Origin: Moniliella sp. 'wahieum'
Taxonomy: Eukaryota
Assembly: GCA_003971905.1 (NCBI GenBank)
Contig: RSEE01000070.1
Span: 310,001 to 361,304 of the forward strand
DNA: 51,304 bases
Direction: 5' to 3'
How positions within the stretch are numbered: position 1 is the stretch's first letter; the number at the start of each line of letters is the position of its first letter. Position numbers and translations under genes: made by a program. Positions 12,844 to 25,502 of the stretch are shown in pieces. The notes below the pieces were generated by a model. The model was not told the DNA's origin and ran no database searches. It saw nothing but the letters and a program-made list of their open reading frames with translations.

Positions 12844-14434
12844 ATGCCCGACGGCGGAATGGACACCATCGCCCCCACCCCGCCGCTGGCCAAGTCGCTG
12901 GCCAAGGCCCCTGCGCCCCCCGCAGCAACAGCCGTGGTGGACTACGACCGCTACCTGTCCGCCGCCTTGCGCAATTGGCCCGATGGCTCCATCCGCAGGC
13001 TCTACAGCGCCGAGGACATGGACCGCGGCATCAGCTTCCTGTCTGGCATGCCCAACCCTTCCATGTTCCCCTTCAAGTGGCTCACCTTTGGCGCGGTCAA
13101 CCCGCAGACCGGCGCACCGATCCCGTCACCGTCCGCCCGACCTGTTTGAGGCCAGCTTGCAGTACCTGCCCGCCAGGGCCTCGCTCCGCTCGCCGACTGG
13201 TTCCAGTCCTTTGTCTCCACCCTCATTCACGCCCCATTCATTCTACTCACCCCCCATACCACATGGGGGTCACGGTCGGATCAGGCATCCAAGACTTGCT
13301 CTCGACTGCTTTCCGTGTGCTCCTGGACCCGGGGACACGGTCTTGTTCGAAGCACCAACCTACGCGTACGTCCATCCTTGCGCCCCTTTTGCTGCTAGAC
13401 CGCGCTAACCGCTCTCATCGCACGGACAGTGGCGCCCTCCTCCCTGTACACCCATTGGGAGCGGAGCCCGTACCAGCCGCCATTGATGATGGCGGCTTGG
13501 ATGCGGCTGCTCTGAGCGGCAACTCAGCGGCTGGCGCACCAACGCAGCAACCAAAGATAAGCCCTTTCCCAAATGCTTGTACACCATCCCCGTTGGCGGG
13601 AACCCCCATGGGACCACAGCCAGTGAGCAACGCAAACGGATGGTGCTCAACGTGTGTCGGCGCCATGGTGTGCTGATTCTCGAGGATGACGCGTACTATT
13701 TCCTCAACTACGATGGTGTGGGTGCGACCCCACCACGCGGCCCAGGATCAATCCTACTTTGCTCTAGAAGAGGAGGACAAGGACCTTTGGGGCAACGGTC
13801 GTGTTCTTCGTTTGATTCCTTCTCCAAATCCTCTCGGCGGGTCTACGGATCGGGTTTGCTTCAGGGCCCAAACTCTGATTGAAGCGATGGATGTGGTTTC
13901 GGCTTCGGGCCTGATGCATGCTTCGGGACCAACGATGGCCATGTCCCTCGCTCTCCTGGAACACTGGGGGGTGGACGGATTCCTCTACAATGCCGACAAG
14001 GTCGCTACTTTTTACCGTGATCGAAGGGACTTGTTTGAGCCTCGTCCGCTCTGTCTTGGGTGCTGGAGAAGGGAAGAAGGCGGTGGCAGAATGGGTGACC
14101 CGAGGCAGGGATGTTCCTTTGGATCAAGTTGCATTTGCCAGGACCCTGTTCGAGTGACATGTTGCACCACAAGGCCCTTGCCAAGGGCGTCATTGCTGTG
14201 CCGGGCATCCACTTTTTCCCTACAGCCACGGCTACCCCTTATTGTCGTCTGTCTTACTCGGTCGTCCCTGTGGAAGAGATGGAGCTGGGGCTCCGCCGCT
14301 TGCGGGAGTGCATCGAAGAAGTGGAGCGAGGCAGGACAGCCGCTCTAGGCGTCTTTCTTTGTTGTCCCAGTCCCCAAAATCATGTATCTGTTTGTCGTCC
14401 TGCTCACTCGCACTCCGGTTTCTCATTATACTAG
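12844..14434 (+). CDS. PLP-dependent class I/II aminotransferase, Aro8/2-aminoadipate transaminase-like
   Basis: ISFLSGMPNPSMFPF, VTVGSGIQDLL, LDPGDTVLFEAPTY, YTIPVGGNPHGTT, ILEDDAYYFL, MFLWIKL, RLSYS; intron ~13366-13429. Confidence 0.88.
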
Positions 14435-14542
14435 CTGACATTCACTCCCCTCTCCCTACTTCCTCGGCTGCACTTTCTGTACTTTCTCGAAATGATTCGT
14501 TTTGTTCGTCACAAAAGATGCTTAGGGTATAAAAGTAGGTGG

Positions 14543-15880
14543 TTAGGGTCCAAAGTCCACTGCCCGGTCCATGTCGGCAGCAGGAAGAACCCAGTCGAGC
14601 AGCGCCATCAGCACCATATCCACCGCTGCCACAATGACAAACACCACCCCGCCGAACCAAGGATGGCCCGCTGTGTAGTAGCGGAGAAGCAAGCTGCCCT
14701 CTCCAATGGCGGTGGCAGCTCGTCGTACACGGTTTCCACGCGCGCCACCTCGGCCCAAGAGTACATCTCCTTCACCTTGGCATGGGCTCGAAACGGATCA
14801 TGCCCCTCGTTCGATCCGCTACCGCCCGCAACGTCGTGTCCACCACATCGTCCTCGTCTGCCTCGGCCAGGAGAACAAGGTCCGGAGGCAACACTTCCTC
14901 CACCCCGCCCACGCGCGTTGACACGACCAACAAACCGGCCCCGCACCTTCCACCAAGCCCGTACCAAACGCCTCGGTGAGAGAGGTGTTGAGCAAAATGT
15001 CGCCGCGGTGCAGATGAGCCGGGACATCGGTACTAGCTACCGAGCCTACCAATTCGACGCGATCTTGCAACTCGGTGCGCTCGCGCATCTGTTCCAGTCC
15101 CACCCGGTTCGGTCCCTCGCCTCCGATCACGAAGCGCACATGGGGGTGTGCGGCACAGATTCGCGGGATGGCCGCTTCGAGCAGATCGGTGCCTTTGCGG
15201 TACATGAGCCGGGACAGAACGACGATCGTCACGGCCGCCGTGTTGGTGTGGGCGGGCGCGGGGGGGGAGGAAGTGGGTGGCGACAACGGCGGTGGGATGA
15301 CGCTGACCCGAGCCGGATCGAGCTGGGCGCGTAACGCCGTGTTTTCCTTGCCAACATGGGAGACGGTGATGATGTGCCCGGTACCACTCAAGAGAAAGCG
15401 GAGCAACTTGGAGGTCAGGAAGGACGCCACATTGTCCATCCCAAACAAGGAGTGGTCCGTAAACACACTCTTGACCCCAATGCTCCCAGCATGCAACAAC
15501 GCTTCCACCCCATTGACGACAAGGCTTGGTGCGCATGCACAATCTCAATTCGTTCCCGCACCACAATCGAACGCAGGAGCGGACCCAACCAAAAAAGTTG
15601 GGCAACGTATCTTGGCGCGCGACCACCGCATACGGTACATAGTACACCTTGATCCCTCGCAGGAGGTGACGCACCCCTATTCGCTCCATACGCGTGGGTG
15701 AGAATGACGACTTTATGGCCCCGTGCGACCAGCGCTTGGGCTACCATGTAGATATGGCCCTCCACACCCCCTAGGTTCGGGAAGAAAAAATCTGACACCA
15801 TCCTAAGTACAGTCCAATTGAACGCAAGAGTAGGCATGAATTAGTTGCTCATCTCATTGGCCCAGGGGGAAGGGGCTTAC
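14543..15880 (-). CDS. GPI3: GPI-GlcNAc transferase catalytic subunit PIG-A/Gpi3 (Spt14)
   Basis: MVSDFFFPNLGGVEGHIY, VFTDHSLFG, SRLMYRKGTDLL, LNTSLTEAFG, YSWAEVA and a C-terminal TM segment; intron 15803-15880 links it to the upstream exon. Confidence 0.93.
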
Positions 15881-18800
15881 AAGATCCGGTGCGGCCGGGA
15901 GGGCGGGGGGAGGCCAAGGTTTGGTCCAGCAGGGGGGTGGCAAGGGGAGGGGAGGAGGTAGTGCGCAGCAACGTTTGTGCCGCGGCGACAAGGGGGGGGT
16001 TGGGACCGGTAGCTAACACGGTCTCTGTCGCAGCGAGTACCTGGGCTACGAGCAACGTTCGTTCCGCCTCGGCGGTCGATGGTACCGCCAGAGCCACGGT
16101 GAAGTGCGTAGCAAGGTCCTGTGCACGCTTGGTTAGCTCGCCGGCCTGGGCTTGAATCGCGGCTTTGCCCTTGGCGTCCAGGCGCGGGATGACAGTGTGC
16201 AGGACGGCATCGAGGTGGGTGCGCAGCGTGGCGAGACGGTCAATGTGTAGGTTGGGCCGCTCGGCAGCAAATAGCGTGGTTTGCACAGGGAAGGCACGGT
16301 GGGTTTGGATGGCTGGACAGGGGGGGAGGGTAAGAGGGTTGCGTTCAGTGGGTTAGTATCGTCGACGAGCATCAGGTAGGAATGGAGGCGGTACTTACTC
16401 CACTCGTCTTGGTCAAGGAAGATGCGTTGGAGGAGGTAGTGTCCCAGGCTTGGGCTGCGGGGCCTGTGACCAAAGCCATGTGGGCGTACAAGAGGGCGAT
16501 TCCGCGATCGGGCTGAAGCCAAGCAGAGGTCCTTCGTCGGCAGCGCTCCCCACGGGGTGGGCGACGACGCCTTCTGCTCTCCGAGACGAACGAGGAGATG
16601 GGCGGCCAGACGGGCAGCAGCCAAACGGATCTCCAGTTCGTCGTCAGCAAGAAGGTTGAGCAGCGCCGCCAGGCCCAACACATGGTCGCCCCAATACAGG
16701 GAAAGGCAAACGCACCAAGGCGGCCAGCGCAATGGTACGAGTAGAGACAGGCTCTTCCTCTGCCGTCCCGGCATAGATCCGTTGCAGCGCCTGACGCGCA
16801 ATGGCGGGGGGCGTCGTTTCCTCGGCCAAACGCCGACCAAGCAGGAGGAGAATCAGCTCCTTTTCTGGCACGCACGGCGTCTCGTCCGATCGCTTGATCA
16901 AGGCGGGCAGAGGGCCGGCTTCCTCCTCCGGCGTGAGACTAAATGCCGAGCTAGACTGCGCCTTGAGGTACACCGAGTGGGCCAAAGGCCCAACACGGTG
17001 GCGCTGAATCCTCCGCCTCCTCGGAGGACGCCTCTTCCGGCCCCAAGCCTCGCTCCTTCGGACCCGAAACAACTTGGCGGGCCACCTGTCGCACAACCGG
17101 GTGCAGCTTCTCATCCGCCTGCGCCTTCCTTGCTAGCGCAACCAGGGAGGGCGAAGCGCCCCCATCCCGAGTCATGGTCCACGTTGTGAACCAAGCGCCA
17201 TGGAGCGCGTTGCTCCCCTTTGCTTGACTCAGAATGTCCATCGCTCGTGCTTCGGCCTGGTCGGGGTGTGAGCGCAGCGATTGCCCAGGCAGCCTGCTCA
17301 CGCACTTGCCACAGGGGGAGGAGAGTTGCGGCAGGATATGCTGGATCAGCTCTTCGCCCACCGGATGAGCCGTGGGCGGAGGTCGCAGTCGGGCCAAGAG
17401 TAACAGGACGGCAAAGAGGGGTAGTGCGTACGTCCGCTGCCCCGTCACCTTGCAAGCCACGAACCAGTCTTCCTTGACAAACGCATCCACCCCGGGAACT
17501 GGCCAATGAGGTCGGGAGGGTGATGCTGAGCGAGGAAGCATGCGCATTGGCCACCTGCAACGTGAAAATGCGCGTGACAAGCGTCGCATACAACATCAAC
17601 GCACCGTTTCGTACCGGCCACAGAGGCGAACGGAAGCGGTCGACCGCAAGGGGGATCAAGGGTCCCAAGTGCATTCGGAGAGGGAACGAGAGGGACTTGT
17701 CTGCCATCATATAGCGCAGCGTATTGAACGCATGAATCGTCGGGGTCTTGTTCGCTCTGAGCATCCGCCCCGTCGGCCTCAGCGATGGAGGCAAGACGCG
17801 CGACCGTCGCTCCTACAGGTCAAGCTTGCGGACCGCCACAAACGCAGAGAGCAGCGCGACAACACTGTACCCGAGCCCGGCCGAGCGACGAGTGATTGTC
17901 AAGGCCCCGGCGGTCGGATCGGCAATCCTCTGGATAAACTGATCGAGCCATGCAGAGGGGAGCGCACGTTGCTCCTCCAGGGGCTCGGAGGACAGCAATA
18001 GCAACCTTGGAGAGAGCCGGGTAGATGGTCGAGAATGCTCCACGGTGACGGACGTGAAGCAACCAATGCATAAACGTTTCCCCCACTGACGCTAACTCTT
18101 CGGTGGTCCACACGCCTCCCTGGAGGGTTGACGAAACTACATCGGCAAGAAGAGTGGACGCCTCTTTGATTCCACGCCAAGAATAGTGAAGTACGGCCTG
18201 GGCACGGTTGCCTTGTCCTTCACTCGCTTCTTGTTCCTCGTACGCTTCGCCTGCTCCCAACGCAGCCTCCCGCTCGTCCACCTCGCCCGCATTTCCCTCC
18301 GGCGCGGCCGAGGTAAGAATGGGGGCGACAAGGTCCCATACCTTGCCAATATCTTAACCACTCGATGGTTGGTCGATTGCACTTCACGCGCGTACTGCGT
18401 GCCCTCTTCGATTGCGGGGAGCGAGCTGTACATCCTTTGGAGCGTAACGAGTGTGCCGTGCAACGGGTTGCTGAGGGCTGCGCCAACTAAGCCTTTCCCC
18501 CAGGGGGAGGAGAGGCCGCGGCCATGTGAACCTCCAAAAAGTCCAACATGGCGTGGATGGGTTGAAGCGCAGGAGAAACAACTGCTTTTTTCGGAGAGGG
18601 AACGAGGTCGAGGGGTTCGTACCCGAGCGGAACGTAGATCGTTTGGTACAACTGCAAAAGGGCGGCAGCAGTGATCGCCTCATGTTCCCGCGCAGCCAAG
18701 AGGAGACTCGAAGCAGGCTGAACGAGCGCTTTGTGCACTGCTTCTTGCCCCTCAAGCCCAGGGAGGGGACGGGGGAACTTCTCCAAGAGCTCAACCGAGG

Positions 18801-20350
18801 CGCGGATGGTGGTGTCGTAGGTCGAGTAGACCATCTCGAGCAACCGCCGTACCATGTCCTCATCCGCTACCGAGACAGTGCGGGGGAATTGGTCTACCCG
18901 CTTTTGAACCGCAGCGTCAACCGCATACGCAGGATCCACTCCATTGGTCAGGAGGGACCGGAGCATACCCATTGCCTGCGTAGTAGCAACGTACGTGGCA
19001 TTGGTATGCAGGTGGTTCCGCACAAGCGTCACCAGCACAGTGAGAAATTCGTGCGCGTCATCCACGACCTGCTGCGCTCGGCAACTTGCTCTTTTCTTGC
19101 CGACGGCCTGCTGAGCACACGCGAGGCGGCATGGCTACTTGCGCGAAGCCGGTCAAGGAGTTGGATAAAGTACCCGCGCACAGCCGTGCGCGACTCGGGC
19201 GAGACAAAGACGAATGTGCTGCCGAGGTAGGCACCAATCATCTGTCGTTCCTTCGCAAGAAGGGGAGTGGCCAGTCTTGCTGCTACCAGCAGACCAAACG
19301 TGCCCACTTGGACTTCCGCATTGGCCGCTTCGCCCATAGGGTCAGGAGCGAGTCGGGCACCTCAACCGTCACTCCGCGGGAGGGATAGGCGGGAACCTAA
19401 ATTGGGCTCGTCCGATCCGGTGATGACCATCCCCATCTCCTTCCCCACACGGAGAACCGTGAGCACAGCAGGGGCCTTGAGCGTCTCGAGGGGCGCGGAA
19501 GGGGTGCAGAGCGCATGTAAGAGCTGAGGCAGCGCATGTCGCGACAGGGCAAAAAGATCTGGAAGGTGATGAGCAGCAATTACGGATCGTTGCCGCATCG
19601 TAGTATGGATCAGAGTGTGAGCGAGGGGCTGGACCCAACTCGACGTCCACGCCTCCCATGCGGAGGATACGTTAACCTCCCAGTAAGAGGAAGTCCCTTC
19701 TTGAAACTGATCCCGAGCCGACGAGCATGCTCTGCCAACAGAGCAACAGCAACACGGGAACGGCGACGGTAGTTGGTTTCTACCCCTCGGGGGACGGAGA
19801 GGAGGCCTGTGTAAATGGAAAAAGTTGGGGAACCAAAGAGGCTCGTATCAAAAAAGATGTCCAACGAGCCGTAGCGGACCACAGAGCTTCCAGCACATGG
19901 AGGGCCTGTTTGCGCAACATGTGTGCTTGGGCATGAGCAATGAGACGCTGCACTGAAAGGTTGGCCGCGACTGAACCGGGTAGATGGACAAACGCGTTTA
20001 CTAGGTCGGTCGCCGCAGTAGTGGCTGGAGCATCGGGCGAGGCAAAGCCCGTCCAGGCCGTGTCGGCAGCAAATAAGCCGTGCTGGTTCCATATCCCAGT
20101 TCTGGGCAGCTGCTGCCAGGGCAAAGTGGGTGAGCACGACCAGGCGCTCTGGCAGCTGAGGTGCGCTGGGCAGGGCGGACAGGGCAGCGGCCAAGTGCGC
20201 CTGGGCCGAAGCGGGTCGGAGCGTGCTCCATTTGGGACACCAGCGGTGCCACCCGGCAGGCAACACCGGTACCACGGCTGCTGCGCCCGATGTTTTGACA
20301 CCCTTGATTTTGGCGCGCCCGATGGCGGCGGGAAGGGCAGCACTGGCCAT
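15849..20350 (-). CDS. TRM732: THADA/Trm732 armadillo-repeat tRNA 2'-O-methylation cofactor (DUF2428)
   Basis: SWRGIKEAS, RHRGAFS, ITRRSAGL, IHAFNTLR, WPVRNGALMLY and the C-terminal LFAAERPNLHID motif; ~4.5 kb with many frameshifts. Confidence 0.85.
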
Positions 20351-20576
20351 CCGATCCGAGGCCGGCGAAAGAGGAGGTGGTGTAGAAGAACCGGGAAAAA
20401 AAGCAGCGGGTCAGACAGTGAAATGTTGAGAGACGGGGGCTCCCCCTTACGTCACCCGCCGCGTCCTCTGCTTGCTTTGCTTCGTGCTCGCCTTGTGGCG
20501 CATCTCAGTCCAGGGCCTCCAGGACGACGACGACGGCCACCACCACACCACCACCGCCTCGGCCAGCTCAGCGACC

Positions 20577-21121
20577 ATGTCGGACGGACCAGCAGTCGAC
20601 GTGACGGACTTGACGCCGGCACAGCTCAACGATGTGCGCCAGCAGCTGGACGAGGAGCTGAAGGTGCTCACCACGTCGTACGGGCGTCTCGTCGAGGCCC
20701 AGGGCAAGTTTCGCTCGTGCATCGCCAGCTGCGAGTACCTCTCCTCGCAAGCCCAGGCCGCCGCCAAGGCACCGGACGGTCATGCTCCGATCAGCCTTGT
20801 GCCTCTCACCTCGTCGCTTTATGTGCCGGGTCGGATCACCACACCATCGCGCGTGGTGGTGGACATTGGAACGGGGTACTACGTGAGAAGGATGTGTCGG
20901 CCGCCATCAAGCTCTACCAGGAAAATCAAGTTCCTCAACGACCGCATCCGTTCCCTCCAAGAGACGATCCAGAAGAAACAGGACAATCTTCGTGTGGCAA
21001 CGGACGTGCTGCGTATGGTATGTGTGCTCATCCCTACTCTGTCGCGTTGTGCCTGCGCTACACCTGCTCCCAGAAAGTCGTTCAGGCCCAACAGCAGCAA
21101 GCCAAGGCCCAAGAAAGCTAG
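20577..21121 (+). CDS. GIM5: prefoldin alpha subunit 5
   Basis: VDVTDLTPAQLNDVRQQLDEEL, LVPLTSSLYVPG, VVVDIGTGYYV; intron ~21018-21072; ends KVVQAQQQQAKAQES*. Confidence 0.92.
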
Positions 21122-21206
21122 AAACCTTGGGTCTTTCCCGTCATCCAAATGTACACTAAATCAACTAAAGTGATAGTTGTTCGATAAAAGGGTGAAGCGC
21201 TTCGGA

Positions 21207-24143
21207 TTACTTCTGTTCCTGGTTCTTGACAACCCGTACCAGCCTCCCACGCTGAGTTGGACCACTCGGGTTCCCCCGCTTCGGCCAGCGAATACACTTC
21301 CCGCCCCTCTTCTCTAGCGCTTGCAGATCCACCTCCATCTGTGCCATCAGGTGAGTCAAATCATCGTCGGTCTCTTTTTCCGGCGGTGGGGCCGAACCAG
21401 AGAAGAGGGCAGCGGCAAAGCCCAATCCCAATGCATGATTGGACTTTTTCAATCGACGAAGGGAAGCATGAGTCTCCTTTACTGCTCAAGGCTTCACTTA
21501 AAGAGGTAAAAGTGCTTTCCCCACCGTTGTAGGATTGCGCGTTTGAGGACCAAAGGCAGAACAGGGCATCCCCTTTGAATAGCTCCTTGAGCGGTAACGT
21601 GAATTGAGGGATAAAAGACGAGACTGTAGGGCCGAGTTTGCAGCAAGGGCGGCGCGATATTGGGTGCAATGTACCGAGGTTGCTTAAACGGTCGTGAGCT
21701 TGTGCTTGATCACGGGCACGACCGCCAAGGTCACCAACTGCATGGGCACCGCGCCGGCTGTGCAAACGAGAACGTCGTCAGAAGGGTCGACCTAGTGCTT
21801 GAGTCATCTCAATTCCCTCCTCGGAGGAGCCTGCTACCCGCTCAATCGAGGGAGCAATCGCTTTGTCAAATAGTTCAACCATCTTGTCCCGGAGGAGAAT
21901 CAGATCCGCTGCCAAACGCAAAGCCCGGGTCATGCGCACGTCCTGTTGCCCCTGCATAGCGAACAGGCGGTCTTGCTGGGCAAGGGGTTGGGGGTCCCCC
22001 CTCGTGGAAGGGGAGTCGAGGATCGCTCCATGGGGCAGGGGTAGCCCGTCCAGAGCTTACTAGTTCTGCAGGTCTGGCACGGATGTAGGAAGAAGGTCTT
22101 GAGCTTCAATCTTGTCTTCCAACCAGTGCGAAAGCGAGATAGTAATGCAGGTTGATTTCCACTGGCGCGCGAGGAGATCATCAAGGCCCACTCGGGCATC
22201 CCAGATGGTAGAAAGAGCATCCCACGTAGCCCCTGTCGATCGCAGAAGGAATTCCCCCCTCCCTCCTTCTTCTGAAGCAAGTGCCGGCTCCAACTGGGCA
22301 ACGATGCTGCGCATGCGTAATTGCCAGTACACTGCCATGGGCCAGCGCCGACTAAAGTGTGTATATGCTGGGTGAGCCCAGAGGGAAGTGGTCCACTCTT
22401 GTTGGGCCTTGGAAGGTAACGGTAAGGGAGGACGCAGGACGGACACCAGGCAAGATAAGAAGCCTGGGTGAGGAGGTAGTTGCTGTGGAATGCATCGGGG
22501 TGTCCGACCAAGAAGAGTTGACTCACCCTCGCCTCCAGCAGAGCAGAATGTATGGCCACACAACGTCGGTGAGCAAGTCTAGCTGTTCAACACAGAGAGG
22601 AACAAAGCCTTCAACTCAGTCTCGGCCACGCTCAGTATGGCGTTGTAGCAATTGGATAATGCTTGTTGTGACCCCTTTCCCCAGTGATGACAGCAACTCG
22701 CCTAAAGAACGCCCTTGAGCTTGCACACGGGATAAACGGTCAGGCTGGTCGGCCGGGGCGTTGACGAGGGCCAGGAGCTGGTCGACGGTTGATGTGGAGG
22801 AGAGCGCTTCGGGTGAGAGGATCTAGGAATTGTCAGCGATTCACATCATAAGAGTATGGAGGCCACATACAGGATCCAATATTTGCTCCACCAAATGGTG
22901 GCCCAACAAGGTCTCCGCTCGCTGGGTGGCCGTCTCGCCCGAAGGAAGGGAGCGAGGATGCGGATGCGAAAGTATAGAAAGACAGCGAGTAAACCAGGCT
23001 CTTTGCTCCGATAATGGGTCTTGGTCAGTGGGAGAGGAAAGCCGCAAGAAGGAAAGATGCGAATCTTCTCTCCCTTTCAAGTGGGCAAAACAAACCCCCT
23101 GCGCTTGGATCCCGATTGAGAAGCTCTTTCAGCACGTTCTCTGTCGCATCGAAGAGATGGGTTTGACAGAGGGCTGCTTGGTCCATAAGAGTGTAAATGA
23201 ATGCATCCACCAGTGGACTGATGAGGGCTCAATCTCGCTCTTACTGTCTGTGTTTTCTGAAGAAGCGAGCTTCTGCCGCTCTTGCTGCAGTGAGTCCAAT
23301 GTCCCCCAAAGCTTGGACAGACGATTAGACACATCCTCTAGAACACCAGGATGGATGAGGCTAGGCACTGGTGTCGCCATAGCTTGTGTCTCTGAGACAG
23401 TGGTGATGCTCGAGACAGAGGCCCAAAGCGGATCGTCGTCTTCGTCATCAGAATAAAGATCATCTCCTTGCAAGGTGTACACTGACGATTTCTGCAAGTT
23501 CGGCCCACTCTCTCCACCGCCGAAGAATGAAGAAGAGTTTTCAGAGCCCCGATCTCCGTATCGAGCGCGAGCAGCTGGGAAATGTATGCATCAGTCCTCT
23601 GAGCCTGGGAACGTTCCGAAACGAGATCAGCCAGCTCTTGGTGGAGGCTTTTGAGCTCAGAGTGGGTTGAATGGATAGCCAATCGCAGCCCTGTAACACC
23701 CTCACGAGGAGCCAGAGGGAAGGGGGCGACAGAGTACTTTTCCCTTTCCCGGAAGAGGCTGGCTGGTGGGCCAAACGTTCAATGCGTGGAACCTCCTTGC
23801 GCACCTCGGACGCCAAGCCAACAAACTGGCGGTAATCGCGGTTGATTGCCTCGGCCAGCTCGTCAGAAAGGTGGGTGCTGTGGTTCCGCAGCTCAGTGAG
23901 GATGGCAAACAAGTCCTGTCGTACAATCAGTTGCTCGTCCTGCGGGTCCTGCGCACCCCCTTGTACCTCCTCGTCCCCTGGCGCGGGCAAGGCGGCAAGC
24001 CGGCGGGAGAGCAGGAAGGCATCCGGGTCAAAGTCGCTGCACACGGCAGGACTGAGAAGAGAGTTGCTGCCATCGAGGGTCAGATCAGGCGGGCGCAAGT
24101 CGGCCTCCCAGGGGTCGGTGCTGTTGGTGGCGGTGTCCGCCAT
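21207..24143 (-). CDS. COG2: conserved oligomeric Golgi complex subunit 2
   Basis: FDPDAFLLSRR...ELAEAINRDYRQFVGL N-terminus, GHPDAFHSNY, RRWPMAVYWQLR; many frameshifts. Confidence 0.82.
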
Positions 24144-25502
24144 GATTGCGGAACAGCTGATGGTGGGGTTAGGCCTTAGGGGGGGTGGTGTCGCAAGTTG
24201 AAATGCTCCACCTCACTGTTTGGGGTTCGGGGCTAGCCTCCAGTCCAGTTCCGCCGCTGGCAGTGATGCATGATGGGTGACCAAAACAGGTGACGACCAG
24301 GCCTGCTCTTTGAAACCGACATCTGGGACCGATTTTACCCCACAACTGTTTGCGCAAGCGACCGGGGGGTAGAGAGGGTAGCCTGAGGCAGTGTGAACCG
24401 CAAAACAACGGAGAGCACATATAAGATTGATGGCATCGCCAACGCCCGCATCTGGATCCATTAGCGTCCGCAGTTGGATGTATAGTGGCAAATTGTGTAT
24501 GAGTGGATGTGCACAGCGGATCCTCATGGGGGAGGACGGTCTTCCGATATGTCATTACAGTTGCCGTCCTATTAGACTCTTTTGTCGAAGAGGCCACAGA
24601 GCAGTCAACCCCCCGGCCTTAGCCACTGCCCCTTCGGTGTGGGTGTGACAAGGCCTCTGCCCCCGAAGGCAGACTGATCCGCCTGTCTTGGTGCATCTCT
24701 TCTTTCTCTGTTCATTTTCCCCAAACCAGTCTATTTTTTTGTTTGCACTACTCTCTCGGCTAATAGTACGCCCGACCCCTCAGGGCGTGCACACTCAGGC
24801 TCAAAAAAAAACGCCTTTCTCGTTCCCTTCCATGGTCCACTTGGCCGACCCCCCGGCTCTTGCTCATACTGTATGAATGCTTAATTCCTTTGATGATCCC
24901 TATGTGATGGCCACACTGGCAATCCTGGCCATCCATATGGGAACAAGCGGTATGCCAGAAGTGTGGCGGAGGCAGATGGACCGGTGTACCGCGGAGACAC
25001 AGACGCTAGGGGACGCTGGGAAGGATCCATGGTCGCCAGTCGCTGGGACCGAGATGAAGTTATAGTCTGGCACCCATGGGGCACTGGGGCCTACTGTGGG
25101 TACCGTGGAGCCCCGGCACATTACTACGTACACGGCTGGTTCTGGTTTGGCGTGGTCTCGGCCGCGAGGCGGAAGGTGTGGGCACGCCACCCGAACCACG
25201 AGGTTGCACATTGTCGCCCCAGAGCAGTGTTCACCCATGGTTCCGGTGCGATACGGCGAGGAGTTGATGACGAGGACGAAGCTGCGAGCAACGTGTGTTC
25301 CTCGACTCGAGTCAGGCACCTTGCGGTCCAGCAGTGTCCGGGGAAACGGGTTAACCTTAGCGTCTTTCCAAAGGGTCAGTTGGAAATTTGAAATGCAATG
25401 TTCTCGTCCTCTTTCTCTTGAAGCTTGAAGGAGCCAAATCGGCCATCCAAACCGGAATCCGAACCCGAACTGCCTCCGCGAAGGCGAAGAGAGCTGTCCC
25501 GC

